Assembly: GCA_903884455.1 (NCBI GenBank)
Contig: CAISEW010000019.1
Coordinates: forward strand, 31,752-95,751
Source: an uncultured Chloroflexota bacterium
GTDB taxonomy: Bacteria > Chloroflexota > Dehalococcoidia > GIF9 > AB-539-J10
Direction: 5' to 3'
DNA: 64,000 nucleotides
Shown: one piece after another, positions 18,691-26,992 of the stretch
Layout: each line of letters opens with the position of its first letter
Numbering within the stretch: the stretch's first letter is position 1
The notes under the pieces: generated by a model
Told to the model about the DNA's origin: nothing
The model's input: the letters and a program-made list of their open reading frames with translations, nothing else
Databases searched by the model: none
Program-made: the position numbers and the translations under genes

Positions 18691-21423
18691 TTACTTGCCT
18701 CCTGCTATAGCTTCAGCAGTTCTGCCTGCTGCCCCTGAGGCCTGGGTTACAGAATCCGGAATATCCCGGGGACTATGGACATAACCACAGGCAAAAATGC
18801 CCGGCCTTGTAGTATCCAGCGGTTGTACCAATTTATCTGGAACCTTTACAAAGCCATCTTCGTCTAACTCTATACCGAGTATTTTCGCCAATTCTTCGGT
18901 GATTTGAGGAACCATGGCTTGGGCAAGAACCACCAGTTCCGCCTCAAAGCACTTTACTTCTCCGCTGATGGTTTCCTCATACCTAATAATAGGGTTATCA
19001 TTCTCAGGGTTAACTTCAATCCTGCCAGGACGCCCTCTAATATAAGTCACATTGTATTCTTTTTTAGCCCTGGCAATGTATTCCTGGAACCTTTTGCCAA
19101 CAGCTCTCATATCCATGTAGAAAATGGTGGATTTTGTTCCAGGATGGTGCTCGAAAGCCAGCATTGCCTCCTTGGTGGCGTGCATACAGCAAACACTGGA
19201 ACAGTAAGCTTTATTCCTGAAATCACGAGAGCCGACACATTGGATAAAAGCTATATTTTCAGGTAACCTGCCATCCGAAGGACGCCTAAGTACTCCCATA
19301 GTGGGCCCGGAGGCAGCAGTAAATCTCTCAAATTCCATGGCAGTAATCACATTCTTTATTTTCCCATAGCCATATTCTGTCAGTGATGAAATATCGTATA
19401 AGCCAAGCCCTGAAGCGACGATTATCGCGCCTACTTCTAGTGTAATGGCCTCATCCTTCATCGTATAGACTATCGCTTTGGGTTCACATCGCCGTTCACA
19501 TTCATGACACTCTATGCACCCTTCGATTTGTCCAGCCAGACAGCGTGAAGCTTCCTCTACGGCTTCCTCTGGAGAATATCCAAAAGCCACTTCACGAAAG
19601 TTCTGCACCCTCTCTTTAACAGGTCCTTCCCTCATCTCCACCTTATTTCTGGAAGGAAAGCGCTTTTTGCACTCCTCTATCTCTTCCCGAGACAACTTCT
19701 CTGGTTCCTTTCTTGGTTCTTCACCCACAAGAGGTTGTCCCGTCAGGTATTGGTGGATAGAGCGAGCTGCTTTTTCCCCTGCTGCAATAGCATCAATTAC
19801 AAAAGCAGGCCCGGTCACCACATCGCCTCCGGCAAATATTCCTTTAATATTGGTCGCCCCTGTTTTGGTATCAATTTCTATCGTGCCTCTCTTAGAAAGT
19901 GAAACTCCTAACTCCTTGACAAAATCTGTTTCTGGAGCCTGCCCCAATGCCGCAATCACTGTATCCACGGGGATAGTAAATTCAGAACCCTTAATGGGGA
20001 TGGGGCGAGGACGACCACTGGCATCTGGTTCTCCAAGCTTCATCCGCACACACTCCATCTTGGCAAGTTTTTTGTTCTCGGTAGAGAAGCGGTTGGGAGT
20101 GGTCAGGAACTCAATCTTCACCCCTTCTTTTTCCGCTGCTGTTACTTCTTCCTCAGAAGCTGGCATCTCAGTGCGAGAACGACGATAAACGATGGTTACT
20201 TCTTTTGCTCCCAGTCGCTTCGCTGTGCGGGCACAATCGATAGCTGTATTACCTCCACCGATCACCGCGACTTTCCTTCCCACATTTACTTTTTTCCCGA
20301 GACTTATAGCACGGAGAAATCCTATCCCATCCATTACTCCGGGAATATCTTCACCCTCCACTCCAAGCTTCATACCACCGTGTGTTCCCACAGCAACGAA
20401 AATAGCATCATAGTTTTCTTTTAATTTTTTGGTGGTAATATCTTTACCAACCTGAACGCCCGTTTTTATCTCCACGCCAAGCTTCTGGATATAGCCTATC
20501 TCCTGGCGTAAAATTTCCTTGGGAAGGCGATATTCGGGTATGCCGACACGAAGCATACCTCCGGGTTCAGGAAGAGCTTCTAAGATAGTTACATTATGAC
20601 CCCTTAGGGCAAGGTCATTAGCAGCAGCAAGCCCTGCTGGACCTGCGCCTATAATCGCTACCTTTTTATCTGTTTTTGCCACTACCGGGACTTCAAGTTC
20701 TTCGATATTCCATTGGTCCCCGGGAACTCTCTTAAGGTCGCGGATACACAGTGGCTCATCTATTTGCCCGCGATTACAGACTTCCTGGCAGGGGGCATAG
20801 CATACCCGCCCAACACTTGCAGGTAGGGGATTTGTCTCTCTTATAAGCTTATAAGCTGCTTTGTATTGTCCTTCAGCAATGAGCTTGATGTACCCGGGCA
20901 CATTAGTATGGACAGGGCAAGCATCCATACAAGCCGTTTTGCACGGGCGCTCCTCTCTTTTATCTATAACACATTTCTTAGGAACAGCCTGCGGAAAGTA
21001 CAGGTATATGGCCTTTCTGTTTGCAATCCCCTGATCAAATTCGTTTGGTATAATGACGGGGCATCCTTCTACACAGAGGCCACATCCCGTACATTTGTTC
21101 CAATCAACAAAAGAGGCCTTTTTCCTGATCTTAACCTTGAACTTCCCTATTCCTCCCGCGACTTTTTCCACTTCAGAATAAGTTAAGAGTTCTATATTGT
21201 GATGGGAACTGGCCTCAATCATCTTGGGGGCAAGGATACACATGGCACAATCATTAGTGGGGAAGGTCTTATCCAGTTGTGCCATCCGCCCCCCGATGCT
21301 GGGCGACTTTTCCACCAAATATACTTTAAAGCCCATATTGGCCAGGTCAAGTGAAGCCTGAATCCCAGCTATGCCACCACCTACTACTAGTACCGATTTG
21401 CGTCCGTTTTCACTGTTACTCAT
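18691..21423 (-). CDS. HdrA-like flavoprotein with an NfnB/GltD-like module inserted (HdrL-like, 910 aa)
   Basis: It starts directly at the FAD motif VVGGGIAGIQASLD, then FPTNDCAMCIL and CTGCGLCVEGCP. About 500 aa collinear with NfnB follow (CKTACMDACP, GRVCYAPCQEVC, IIGAGPAGLAAA, VIGGGNTAIDCA, LGEPDASGRPRPI). Then CIECHECERRCEP and QCVGSRD...YCSSVCCMHA. No N-terminal or C-terminal ferredoxin domain. Confidence 0.8.
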   Translation of the reverse strand: MSNSENGRKSVLVVGGGIAGIQASLDLANMGFKVYLVEKSPSIGGRMAQLDKTFPTNDCAMCILAPKMIEASSHHNIELLTYSEVEKVAGGIGKFKVKIRKKASFVDWNKCTGCGLCVEGCPVIIPNEFDQGIANRKAIYLYFPQAVPKKCVIDKREERPCKTACMDACPVHTNVPGYIKLIAEGQYKAAYKLIRETNPLPASVGRVCYAPCQEVCNRGQIDEPLCIRDLKRVPGDQWNIEELEVPVVAKTDKKVAIIGAGPAGLAAANDLALRGHNVTILEALPEPGGMLRVGIPEYRLPKEILRQEIGYIQKLGVEIKTGVQVGKDITTKKLKENYDAIFVAVGTHGGMKLGVEGEDIPGVMDGIGFLRAISLGKKVNVGRKVAVIGGGNTAIDCARTAKRLGAKEVTIVYRRSRTEMPASEEEVTAAEKEGVKIEFLTTPNRFSTENKKLAKMECVRMKLGEPDASGRPRPIPIKGSEFTIPVDTVIAALGQAPETDFVKELGVSLSKRGTIEIDTKTGATNIKGIFAGGDVVTGPAFVIDAIAAGEKAARSIHQYLTGQPLVGEEPRKEPEKLSREEIEECKKRFPSRNKVEMREGPVKERVQNFREVAFGYSPEEAVEEASRCLAGQIEGCIECHECERRCEPKAIVYTMKDEAITLEVGAIIVASGLGLYDISSLTEYGYGKIKNVITAMEFERFTAASGPTMGVLRRPSDGRLPENIAFIQCVGSRDFRNKAYCSSVCCMHATKEAMLAFEHHPGTKSTIFYMDMRAVGKRFQEYIARAKKEYNVTYIRGRPGRIEVNPENDNPIIRYEETISGEVKCFEAELVVLAQAMVPQITEELAKILGIELDEDGFVKVPDKLVQPLDTTRPGIFACGYVHSPRDIPDSVTQASGAAGRTAEAIAGGK

Positions 21424-21441
21424 TTTTTGATAAGCCTACCT

Positions 21442-22587
21442 TCATTTTTCAATCGCATTTGCTACCAGATTTGCCAAATCCATTATCTCAATCTTTGGAG
21501 TTGATCGATGCTCCTCCCCTTTATCCATCATGGCACATCTGAAATGCGTCTGGCATTTAGGACAAGCGGTTATGAGCAACTCTGCCCCTGTTTCCGTCGC
21601 TTCACATAACCTTTCGGCCCTTAGCATATTGGAATACGAGTCGCAATTGGTAAAAGCACTGGTACCACAGCAAATGGATTCCAATCCACTGTGTCTCATC
21701 TCAACCAGTTCAATGCCAGGAATTGACTCGATCACCTTCCGCGGGGCATCATACACACCTAAATGTCTTCCTAACCGACAAGGATCCTGATAGGTGACCT
21801 TTTTCTTGATTTCCTTAAATTTCACTCCGTTTTGCCCTATCTTCTCCGCCAATAATTCAGAGATATGCAACACTTCACACCTTAAATCCACATAATTGGG
21901 ATAGTCTAGTTTAAATGTGCGATAACCCTCGGGGCAGGAAAAAACTATCTTCTTGACCCCCGCCTCTTTAATTTGAGCGGCATTGTGCTCGGCCAGTTTC
22001 TTAAATGTCTCTATATCGCCAGTCCAAAGTGCGTCATGACCGCAGCATCTCTCATTAGGAAGCAGCTTGGGCTCGATCCCCAGCAAGTTCAAGGTCTTGA
22101 GGCTTGCCTTGGTTATGTCCAGAGCATTGAATTCAATGTCTTCAAAGATTGGCGCAAAATATGGAGCACATCCCACCCAGAGAAGAACATCGCTGTTTTC
22201 TGAAACACGATACTCCTTGGAAAGCCATTCCAGTCTCTTTTGCTTGATCGTAGGGCTTGTCATAAGCCTTGCCAGAGATTGCAGTTGTCCAGAGTGGGCA
22301 CAAACTCCATGTTGCCCGTTGTCTTGGGCCATGCTCCTGGCTTTTCGTACAAAGATTGGAAAGTCAATATCACTAGGACATTCTTTTTGGCAAGTATAGC
22401 AAGTCAGGCAGGAAAAGAGCTCCCGATCTAACAACAGCTCATCCCCAAAGCCCAGAAGAGCATTCTCAATCATCTGTCGCGGAGAGAAAGATGAATCGTA
22501 TCTAGCGACGGGACATATGCTCGTACACTTGCCACATTCCAGGCAGTAGTAAGTCTTGGTTTCTTGAATAATATCCTCTAAGTTCAC
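21442..22587 (-). CDS. Soluble HdrC-HdrB fusion (HdrD-like) Fe-S protein, copy 1
   Basis: N-terminal CLECGKCTSICP and CLTCYTCQKECP. Two CCG-domain motifs (ERCCGHD, ICCGTSAF). No transmembrane segment. Confidence 0.75.
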   Translation of the reverse strand: MNLEDIIQETKTYYCLECGKCTSICPVARYDSSFSPRQMIENALLGFGDELLLDRELFSCLTCYTCQKECPSDIDFPIFVRKARSMAQDNGQHGVCAHSGQLQSLARLMTSPTIKQKRLEWLSKEYRVSENSDVLLWVGCAPYFAPIFEDIEFNALDITKASLKTLNLLGIEPKLLPNERCCGHDALWTGDIETFKKLAEHNAAQIKEAGVKKIVFSCPEGYRTFKLDYPNYVDLRCEVLHISELLAEKIGQNGVKFKEIKKKVTYQDPCRLGRHLGVYDAPRKVIESIPGIELVEMRHSGLESICCGTSAFTNCDSYSNMLRAERLCEATETGAELLITACPKCQTHFRCAMMDKGEEHRSTPKIEIMDLANLVANAIEK

Positions 22588-23012
22588 GCCAGAGCCTCCG
22601 TTTTTACTTTAAAAGGTGAAGGTCCTATCTTCTTGAGTTGCTCCACCATTTCTTTGATTATCCGAGCAAACACTACTCCTTCAGATGCAGCCACCAACTC
22701 ACGCCTGAGGCGTTCATCCTCCAGACCAAGCACATGAAGCACCTTTCTTAATTTGTCAACAGTGGCATCGCACTTCACCGGGCCATCGATATAGTGGCAA
22801 TCGCTATGATGACAACCTGCAACGAGCACTCCATCAGCGCCACCCTCAAAAGCCTTCAGTACGTATAGAGGGTTTACCATGCTACTACACATTACCCTTA
22901 CAATCCTGACATTCGGTGGATAATGAACGCGGCTTGTTCCAGCTAAATCGGCAGCAGCATAAGTGCACCAATTGCAGCAAAAAGCAACGATTTGAGGTTC
23001 GAATTCAGCCAT
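22584..23012 (-). CDS. mvhD: MvhD-type iron-sulfur subunit (copy 2)
   Basis: [18 protein letters not shown] and GCHHSDCHY. Its start overlaps the hdrA stop (ATGA). Confidence 0.85.
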   Translation of the reverse strand: MAEFEPQIVAFCCNWCTYAAADLAGTSRVHYPPNVRIVRVMCSSMVNPLYVLKAFEGGADGVLVAGCHHSDCHYIDGPVKCDATVDKLRKVLHVLGLEDERLRRELVAASEGVVFARIIKEMVEQLKKIGPSPFKVKTEALA

Positions 23013-25003
23013 CAGGACACCTCCGTCAAGGCAGCAACTTCAGCCAATATCTCATCTTGGGTGAAGTGTTTTATTGATATTGCACCTGTCGGGCAGACGA
23101 CAGCGCAGGCTCCACAACCTTTGCAGAGAGTTTCATTTATACTGGAGACCAAAGTCCCGTTCTTGCTAGCAACCTTAGGAGCATGAAAAGCGCAGATTTC
23201 TTCACAGCGTCCGCACCCATGGCAAATGCTTTCATCTACGGTTGATACGGCAGCTTCAGTTGTGATTGTGCCCTTACTTATCAATGACAAGGCTTTGGCT
23301 GCTGTTGCTTCAGCTTGCGCTACAGTATCAGGAATATCTCTCGGGCCCTCACAGCAACCAGCAATAAAAATGCCATCCGTTGGAGTAGCCACAGGGTCGA
23401 GCTTGACATGTCTCTCCAAGAAGAAGCCATCTGCCCTACGATTAAGATTAAAGATCCTGGCGACATTCTCTGCGTCGGAGCGCGCTTCCAGAGCAGAACA
23501 CAGTATAACCATGTCCACGGGAACCCGAACTAGCTTACCTAAGAGTGTATCTTCACTGATTACAACCAACTTGCCTTTCTCTTCATCGCTCAAAGCTTCA
23601 TCTGTAATCTTGGCCACCTTCCCTCGTATGAAATTCACTCCCTCCTCGGAACAGCGTTTATAGAATTCCTCATAGCCCTCTCCAAAGCAGCGCATGTCAA
23701 TGTAGAATTGATACACATCGGCTTTGCTGAGCTCTTTTGCCAGGTGAGCATATTTGAGCGCATACATGCAGCAAACTCGGGAGCAATACTCATGATAATT
23801 TTGGTCGCGACTGCCAACGCAGTGTACAAGGGCTATCCTTTCCGGCTCCCGCCCATCCTTCAATAGAATCTTACCCCCAGTTGGCCCCGCGGCGCAGGTC
23901 ATCCTTTCAAAGTGGAGCCCGGTTAGTACATTATCGTATTTCCCATATCCGTATTGAGGTATCACAGAGGGGTCAAACTGGTCGTACCCGGTAGCCACGA
24001 TTATCGTGCCCACATCAAACTCAACAATCTGATCAGTTTGCTTGAGAAGAGTCTCCGGGGTTATAGCCTGAGCTTCACAGACTTTTATACAGGCTCCGCA
24101 TTTCTTTCCATCTGATTTGATGTAAGCACAAAGGTTAGGATCTACTACTGCAAGATGGGGAATAGCTTGAGCGAAAGGAATATAAACTGCCTTTCTCTTG
24201 GCTAAGCCCATCTCAAATTCGCTATCGGTCTTCCACGGGCATTTCTCTTCACACACGTTGCAGCCAATACATTTGCTCTCATCTATATGTCTAGCCTTTT
24301 TCCTCACCTTAATCTTGAAATTGCCTATAGAGCCCGAAACCTCCTCTACCTCGCTATAGGTGAAAAGCTCAATAAAGGGATGATGCCCCACGTCAGACAT
24401 TTTGGGAGTAAGAATACATTCAGAGCAATCTAAGGTAGGGAAGGTCCTATCAAGCTGTATCATATGGCCACCAATACTGGGGTCCCTTTCTACCAGATAC
24501 ACCTTATTCTGCCCGTTGGCGATATCCAACGCTGCCTGCATCCCCGCGATGCCACCGCCAACAACCAACACGTTGGGATTAAGTGGTGCTTCCTTAACAA
24601 CAAGAGGTTCATGACGGTAAACCCGCTTCACTGCTGCCCTCACTAAATCCTTTGCCTTCTTCGTAGCCAATTCCTTGTCGTCATGAACCCAAGAGCAATG
24701 TTCCCTGATGTTGGCATGTTCATATAGGTAAGGATTTAGTCCACCGTCCGCAACAGCCTTGCGGAACGTAGGCTCGTGCATCCTCGGTGAACAGGAAGCT
24801 ACAACAACCCGATTGAGCCCCAGTTTTTTAATATCATTCTTGATGAGGTCCTGTCCCGGGTCAGAACACATATACCTGTACTCGCGGGAAATCACCACAG
24901 AGGGCAAGGTCGCTGCATATTTGGCTACCTCTTCTACATTTACTACGCCAGCGATGTTAAACCCGCAGTGGCAGATGTAAACGCCAATCCTTATCTCTTC
25001 CAT
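23012..25003 (-). CDS. hdrA: Heterodisulfide reductase subunit A (full-length architecture)
   Basis: 663 aa. N-terminal GVYICHCGFNIAG domain, VVGGGIAGMQAALD, FPTLDCSECIL, inserted ferredoxin (CIGCNVCEEKCP ... CGACIKVCEAQ), HCVGSRD...YCSRVCCMYA, and a C-terminal 2x[4Fe-4S] (CHGCGRCEEIC, CKGCGACAVVCP). Confidence 0.9.
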   Translation of the reverse strand: MEEIRIGVYICHCGFNIAGVVNVEEVAKYAATLPSVVISREYRYMCSDPGQDLIKNDIKKLGLNRVVVASCSPRMHEPTFRKAVADGGLNPYLYEHANIREHCSWVHDDKELATKKAKDLVRAAVKRVYRHEPLVVKEAPLNPNVLVVGGGIAGMQAALDIANGQNKVYLVERDPSIGGHMIQLDRTFPTLDCSECILTPKMSDVGHHPFIELFTYSEVEEVSGSIGNFKIKVRKKARHIDESKCIGCNVCEEKCPWKTDSEFEMGLAKRKAVYIPFAQAIPHLAVVDPNLCAYIKSDGKKCGACIKVCEAQAITPETLLKQTDQIVEFDVGTIIVATGYDQFDPSVIPQYGYGKYDNVLTGLHFERMTCAAGPTGGKILLKDGREPERIALVHCVGSRDQNYHEYCSRVCCMYALKYAHLAKELSKADVYQFYIDMRCFGEGYEEFYKRCSEEGVNFIRGKVAKITDEALSDEEKGKLVVISEDTLLGKLVRVPVDMVILCSALEARSDAENVARIFNLNRRADGFFLERHVKLDPVATPTDGIFIAGCCEGPRDIPDTVAQAEATAAKALSLISKGTITTEAAVSTVDESICHGCGRCEEICAFHAPKVASKNGTLVSSINETLCKGCGACAVVCPTGAISIKHFTQDEILAEVAALTEVS

Positions 25004-25015
25004 CTCATTACTCCA

Positions 25016-26167
25016 TTATCCTATTGCTTCAGCAACGAGTTCAGCGATATCTTTAACCTGCATAGTCTCTGCCTTGCCCATGGAGAGCACACTATCCCTA
25101 TAGTTGAGAAAACAGTAGGGACAAGCTATAGCTATGATATCAGCGCCTTTCCCCACAGCTTGTTCCACCCTTATGTCAGAGAACCTTTCCCCTTTCGGGG
25201 TATCCATCCAGATCCTACCACCGCCACCTCCACAACAAAGGCCATTCTCACGAGCATCAGGAAATTCTATTAATTCCACGCCGGGAATGCTTTGCAGAAT
25301 CTTCCTTGGCTCATCATAGATCTCATTGTGCCTCCCCAAATAACAGGGGTCAGAATAAATTACCTTTTTGTTTATCTTCTTAGAGAGTTTCAATTTCCCT
25401 TCGTCGATAAGTGAAGCTAGGTATTGGGTGATATGAACCACTTCAAACTTGCCTCCAAGCTCGGGATACTCGTTCTTAAAAGTGTGGTAGCAGTGCGGTG
25501 AAGAAACTACCACAGTTTTGACACCATTACTGGTAAAGAGATTAATATTGTTTTGGGCCAGACTTTGAAATGTATCTTCATGCCCGGCTTTTCTAATTGC
25601 CTCACCACAGCATTTTGCTTCAGTACCTATAAGGCCATAATCAATCCCAAGCTTATTGAAGATTGTGGCGGTAGATCGAGATACTGCTTTTACATCAGGA
25701 TCATAGGACGGAACACAGCAAGGGAAATAAAGTATTTTGGTGCCCGAAGCAAATTTTTTCACCCCTAGGTCCTTAGCCCAGTCATTTCGCTTTTCCGGTG
25801 CTTCACCAAGTGGATTACCTACACCAGCGATGTTCTTAGCCGAAATTCTCAGGGCATCAGGGACAACGCCGATACCCAGGCCAGCTACGGCTCGTCGTAT
25901 AGCCCTCATAACATCTATTATCTCGACGCCCCGGGGGCAGCGTTGCACACAAGCTCGACAAGTGACACAAGTCCAGACATCCTCACTCCCAAAATCAACT
26001 GCCCCAAGCTGAGCTTCATGCATGATGCGGCGAACGAGAAAACTTCGAACCAAATTCCAGGGACAAATACCGGTGCACAGACCACACTGGTAACACAATT
26101 TGAGTGGTTCACCACCAGCCTCGAGTATCACGTCTGTAGCTTCTTTGTAAGGACTTAGCACTTCCAT
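25016..26167 (-). CDS. Soluble HdrC-HdrB fusion (HdrD-like) Fe-S protein, copy 2
   Basis: CYQCGLCTGICP and CVTCRACVQRCP. CCG motifs (KCCGEAI, LCCGGGGG). No transmembrane segment. First gene of the minus-strand cluster. Confidence 0.75.
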   Translation of the reverse strand: MEVLSPYKEATDVILEAGGEPLKLCYQCGLCTGICPWNLVRSFLVRRIMHEAQLGAVDFGSEDVWTCVTCRACVQRCPRGVEIIDVMRAIRRAVAGLGIGVVPDALRISAKNIAGVGNPLGEAPEKRNDWAKDLGVKKFASGTKILYFPCCVPSYDPDVKAVSRSTATIFNKLGIDYGLIGTEAKCCGEAIRKAGHEDTFQSLAQNNINLFTSNGVKTVVVSSPHCYHTFKNEYPELGGKFEVVHITQYLASLIDEGKLKLSKKINKKVIYSDPCYLGRHNEIYDEPRKILQSIPGVELIEFPDARENGLCCGGGGGRIWMDTPKGERFSDIRVEQAVGKGADIIAIACPYCFLNYRDSVLSMGKAETMQVKDIAELVAEAIG

Positions 26168-26202
26168 TTTAATATTTACCTCGACTCTTCAGAATTGACC
26201 AT

Positions 26203-26244
26203 AAAAAAAGGTGGCCTCCTAAAAGCATTGTAGCCACCCTTTTC
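26203..26244 (-). terminator. Terminator-type hairpin (A-tract / GC stem / T7) about 35 nt upstream of the first hdr start codon
   Basis: Minus strand: aaaagGGTGGC-tacaatgcttttaggag-GCCACCttttttt. It could terminate nusB read-through or act as an attenuator in the hdr leader. Confidence 0.55.
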
Positions 26245-26274
26245 CCCTATAATGTAGATTTAGCACGGCTGGGT

Positions 26275-26303
26275 AGTATAACAAACCCCGCCAAAAAAAG
26301 CAA
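26275..26303 (-). promoter_or_regulatory. Candidate sigma70-type promoter P1 for the hdr cluster
   Basis: Minus strand: TTGCTT, 17 nt, TATACT. The -35 sits in the loop of a 9-bp hairpin, ccgccaaaa...ttttggcgg (26288-26314). Confidence 0.4.
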
Positions 26304-26387
26304 GATTTTGGCGGAAAATTTTTCCGAGATTTGCTCCGAGGAATATCCATCATCAGGGCCAGCGGTGCAAACTACAAAAGGACAAGG

Positions 26388-26416
26388 AAGATAACAAACC
26401 CCGGCAAGGAAGGCAA
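26388..26416 (-). promoter_or_regulatory. Paralogous promoter-like module P2 (direct repeat of P1, 113 nt upstream)
   Basis: Minus strand: TTGCCT, 17 nt, TATCTT. About 26 of 31 positions match P1 (cTTGCyTt..ttgscggggtttgtTATmyT). Confidence 0.3.
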
Positions 26417-26490
26417 GCTCCTCTGAGACATCACCATAGTTAAGAGGTTACCCAGAGAACAGACAAGGCCTCACGTCCCTGAAGGGAGCT

Positions 26491-26907
26491 TTAGTGTTTT
26501 ACACCACGTTCAGTTGTTATTGAGCCCAATACTCCGTTGATTAATCGAGGTGAAGAATCGCTTCCGAATTCCTTGGCTAACTCTATAGCCTCATTTATAG
26601 CTACCTTAAATGGAGTTTTATCATTAAATAAAATTTCAAAAATAGCCAAGCGCAAAATATTCCTATCAATGATAGACATCTGTTCTGGGGGAAAGACTGG
26701 GGCAAATTTTTTAATAAGAGCATCAAGCTCAGGTTTGTGCTGTAGCACCCCCTTCACAAGCTTCTCACTGAAGCTAAGTGCTTCTTGAGCCAGTGTTTCT
26801 CCTGCTCTTAAGCGAGCTGAAGTTTCCTCTACCTTATGCTTCGTGCAATCAAGCTCATAAAGCGCCTGGAGAGCAGCGATTCTTGCCTGTCGTCTGATGC
26901 CAGCCAT
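26491..26907 (-). CDS. nusB: Transcription antitermination factor NusB
   Basis: 138 aa. RRQARIAALQALYELD N-terminus and a typical NusB fold sequence. Confidence 0.9.
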   Translation of the reverse strand: MAGIRRQARIAALQALYELDCTKHKVEETSARLRAGETLAQEALSFSEKLVKGVLQHKPELDALIKKFAPVFPPEQMSIIDRNILRLAIFEILFNDKTPFKVAINEAIELAKEFGSDSSPRLINGVLGSITTERGVKH

Positions 26908-26992
26908 TATTTACTCACCCAGAAAAATCAAGGATTTTGTGGGGTGTAAAAGAGCGAAGCGAATTTGTCATGGGATGCTAGTTAGTCGGACC

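Noticed and set aside
10863-26167. Selenocysteine recoding (in-frame TGA) in hdrA or hydrogenase genes, as known for some Hdr/Vhu proteins
   Set aside because: All Hdr, Mvh and Nfn ORFs are uninterrupted, with Cys at the relevant motif positions. No split ORF pairs around a TGA were seen.
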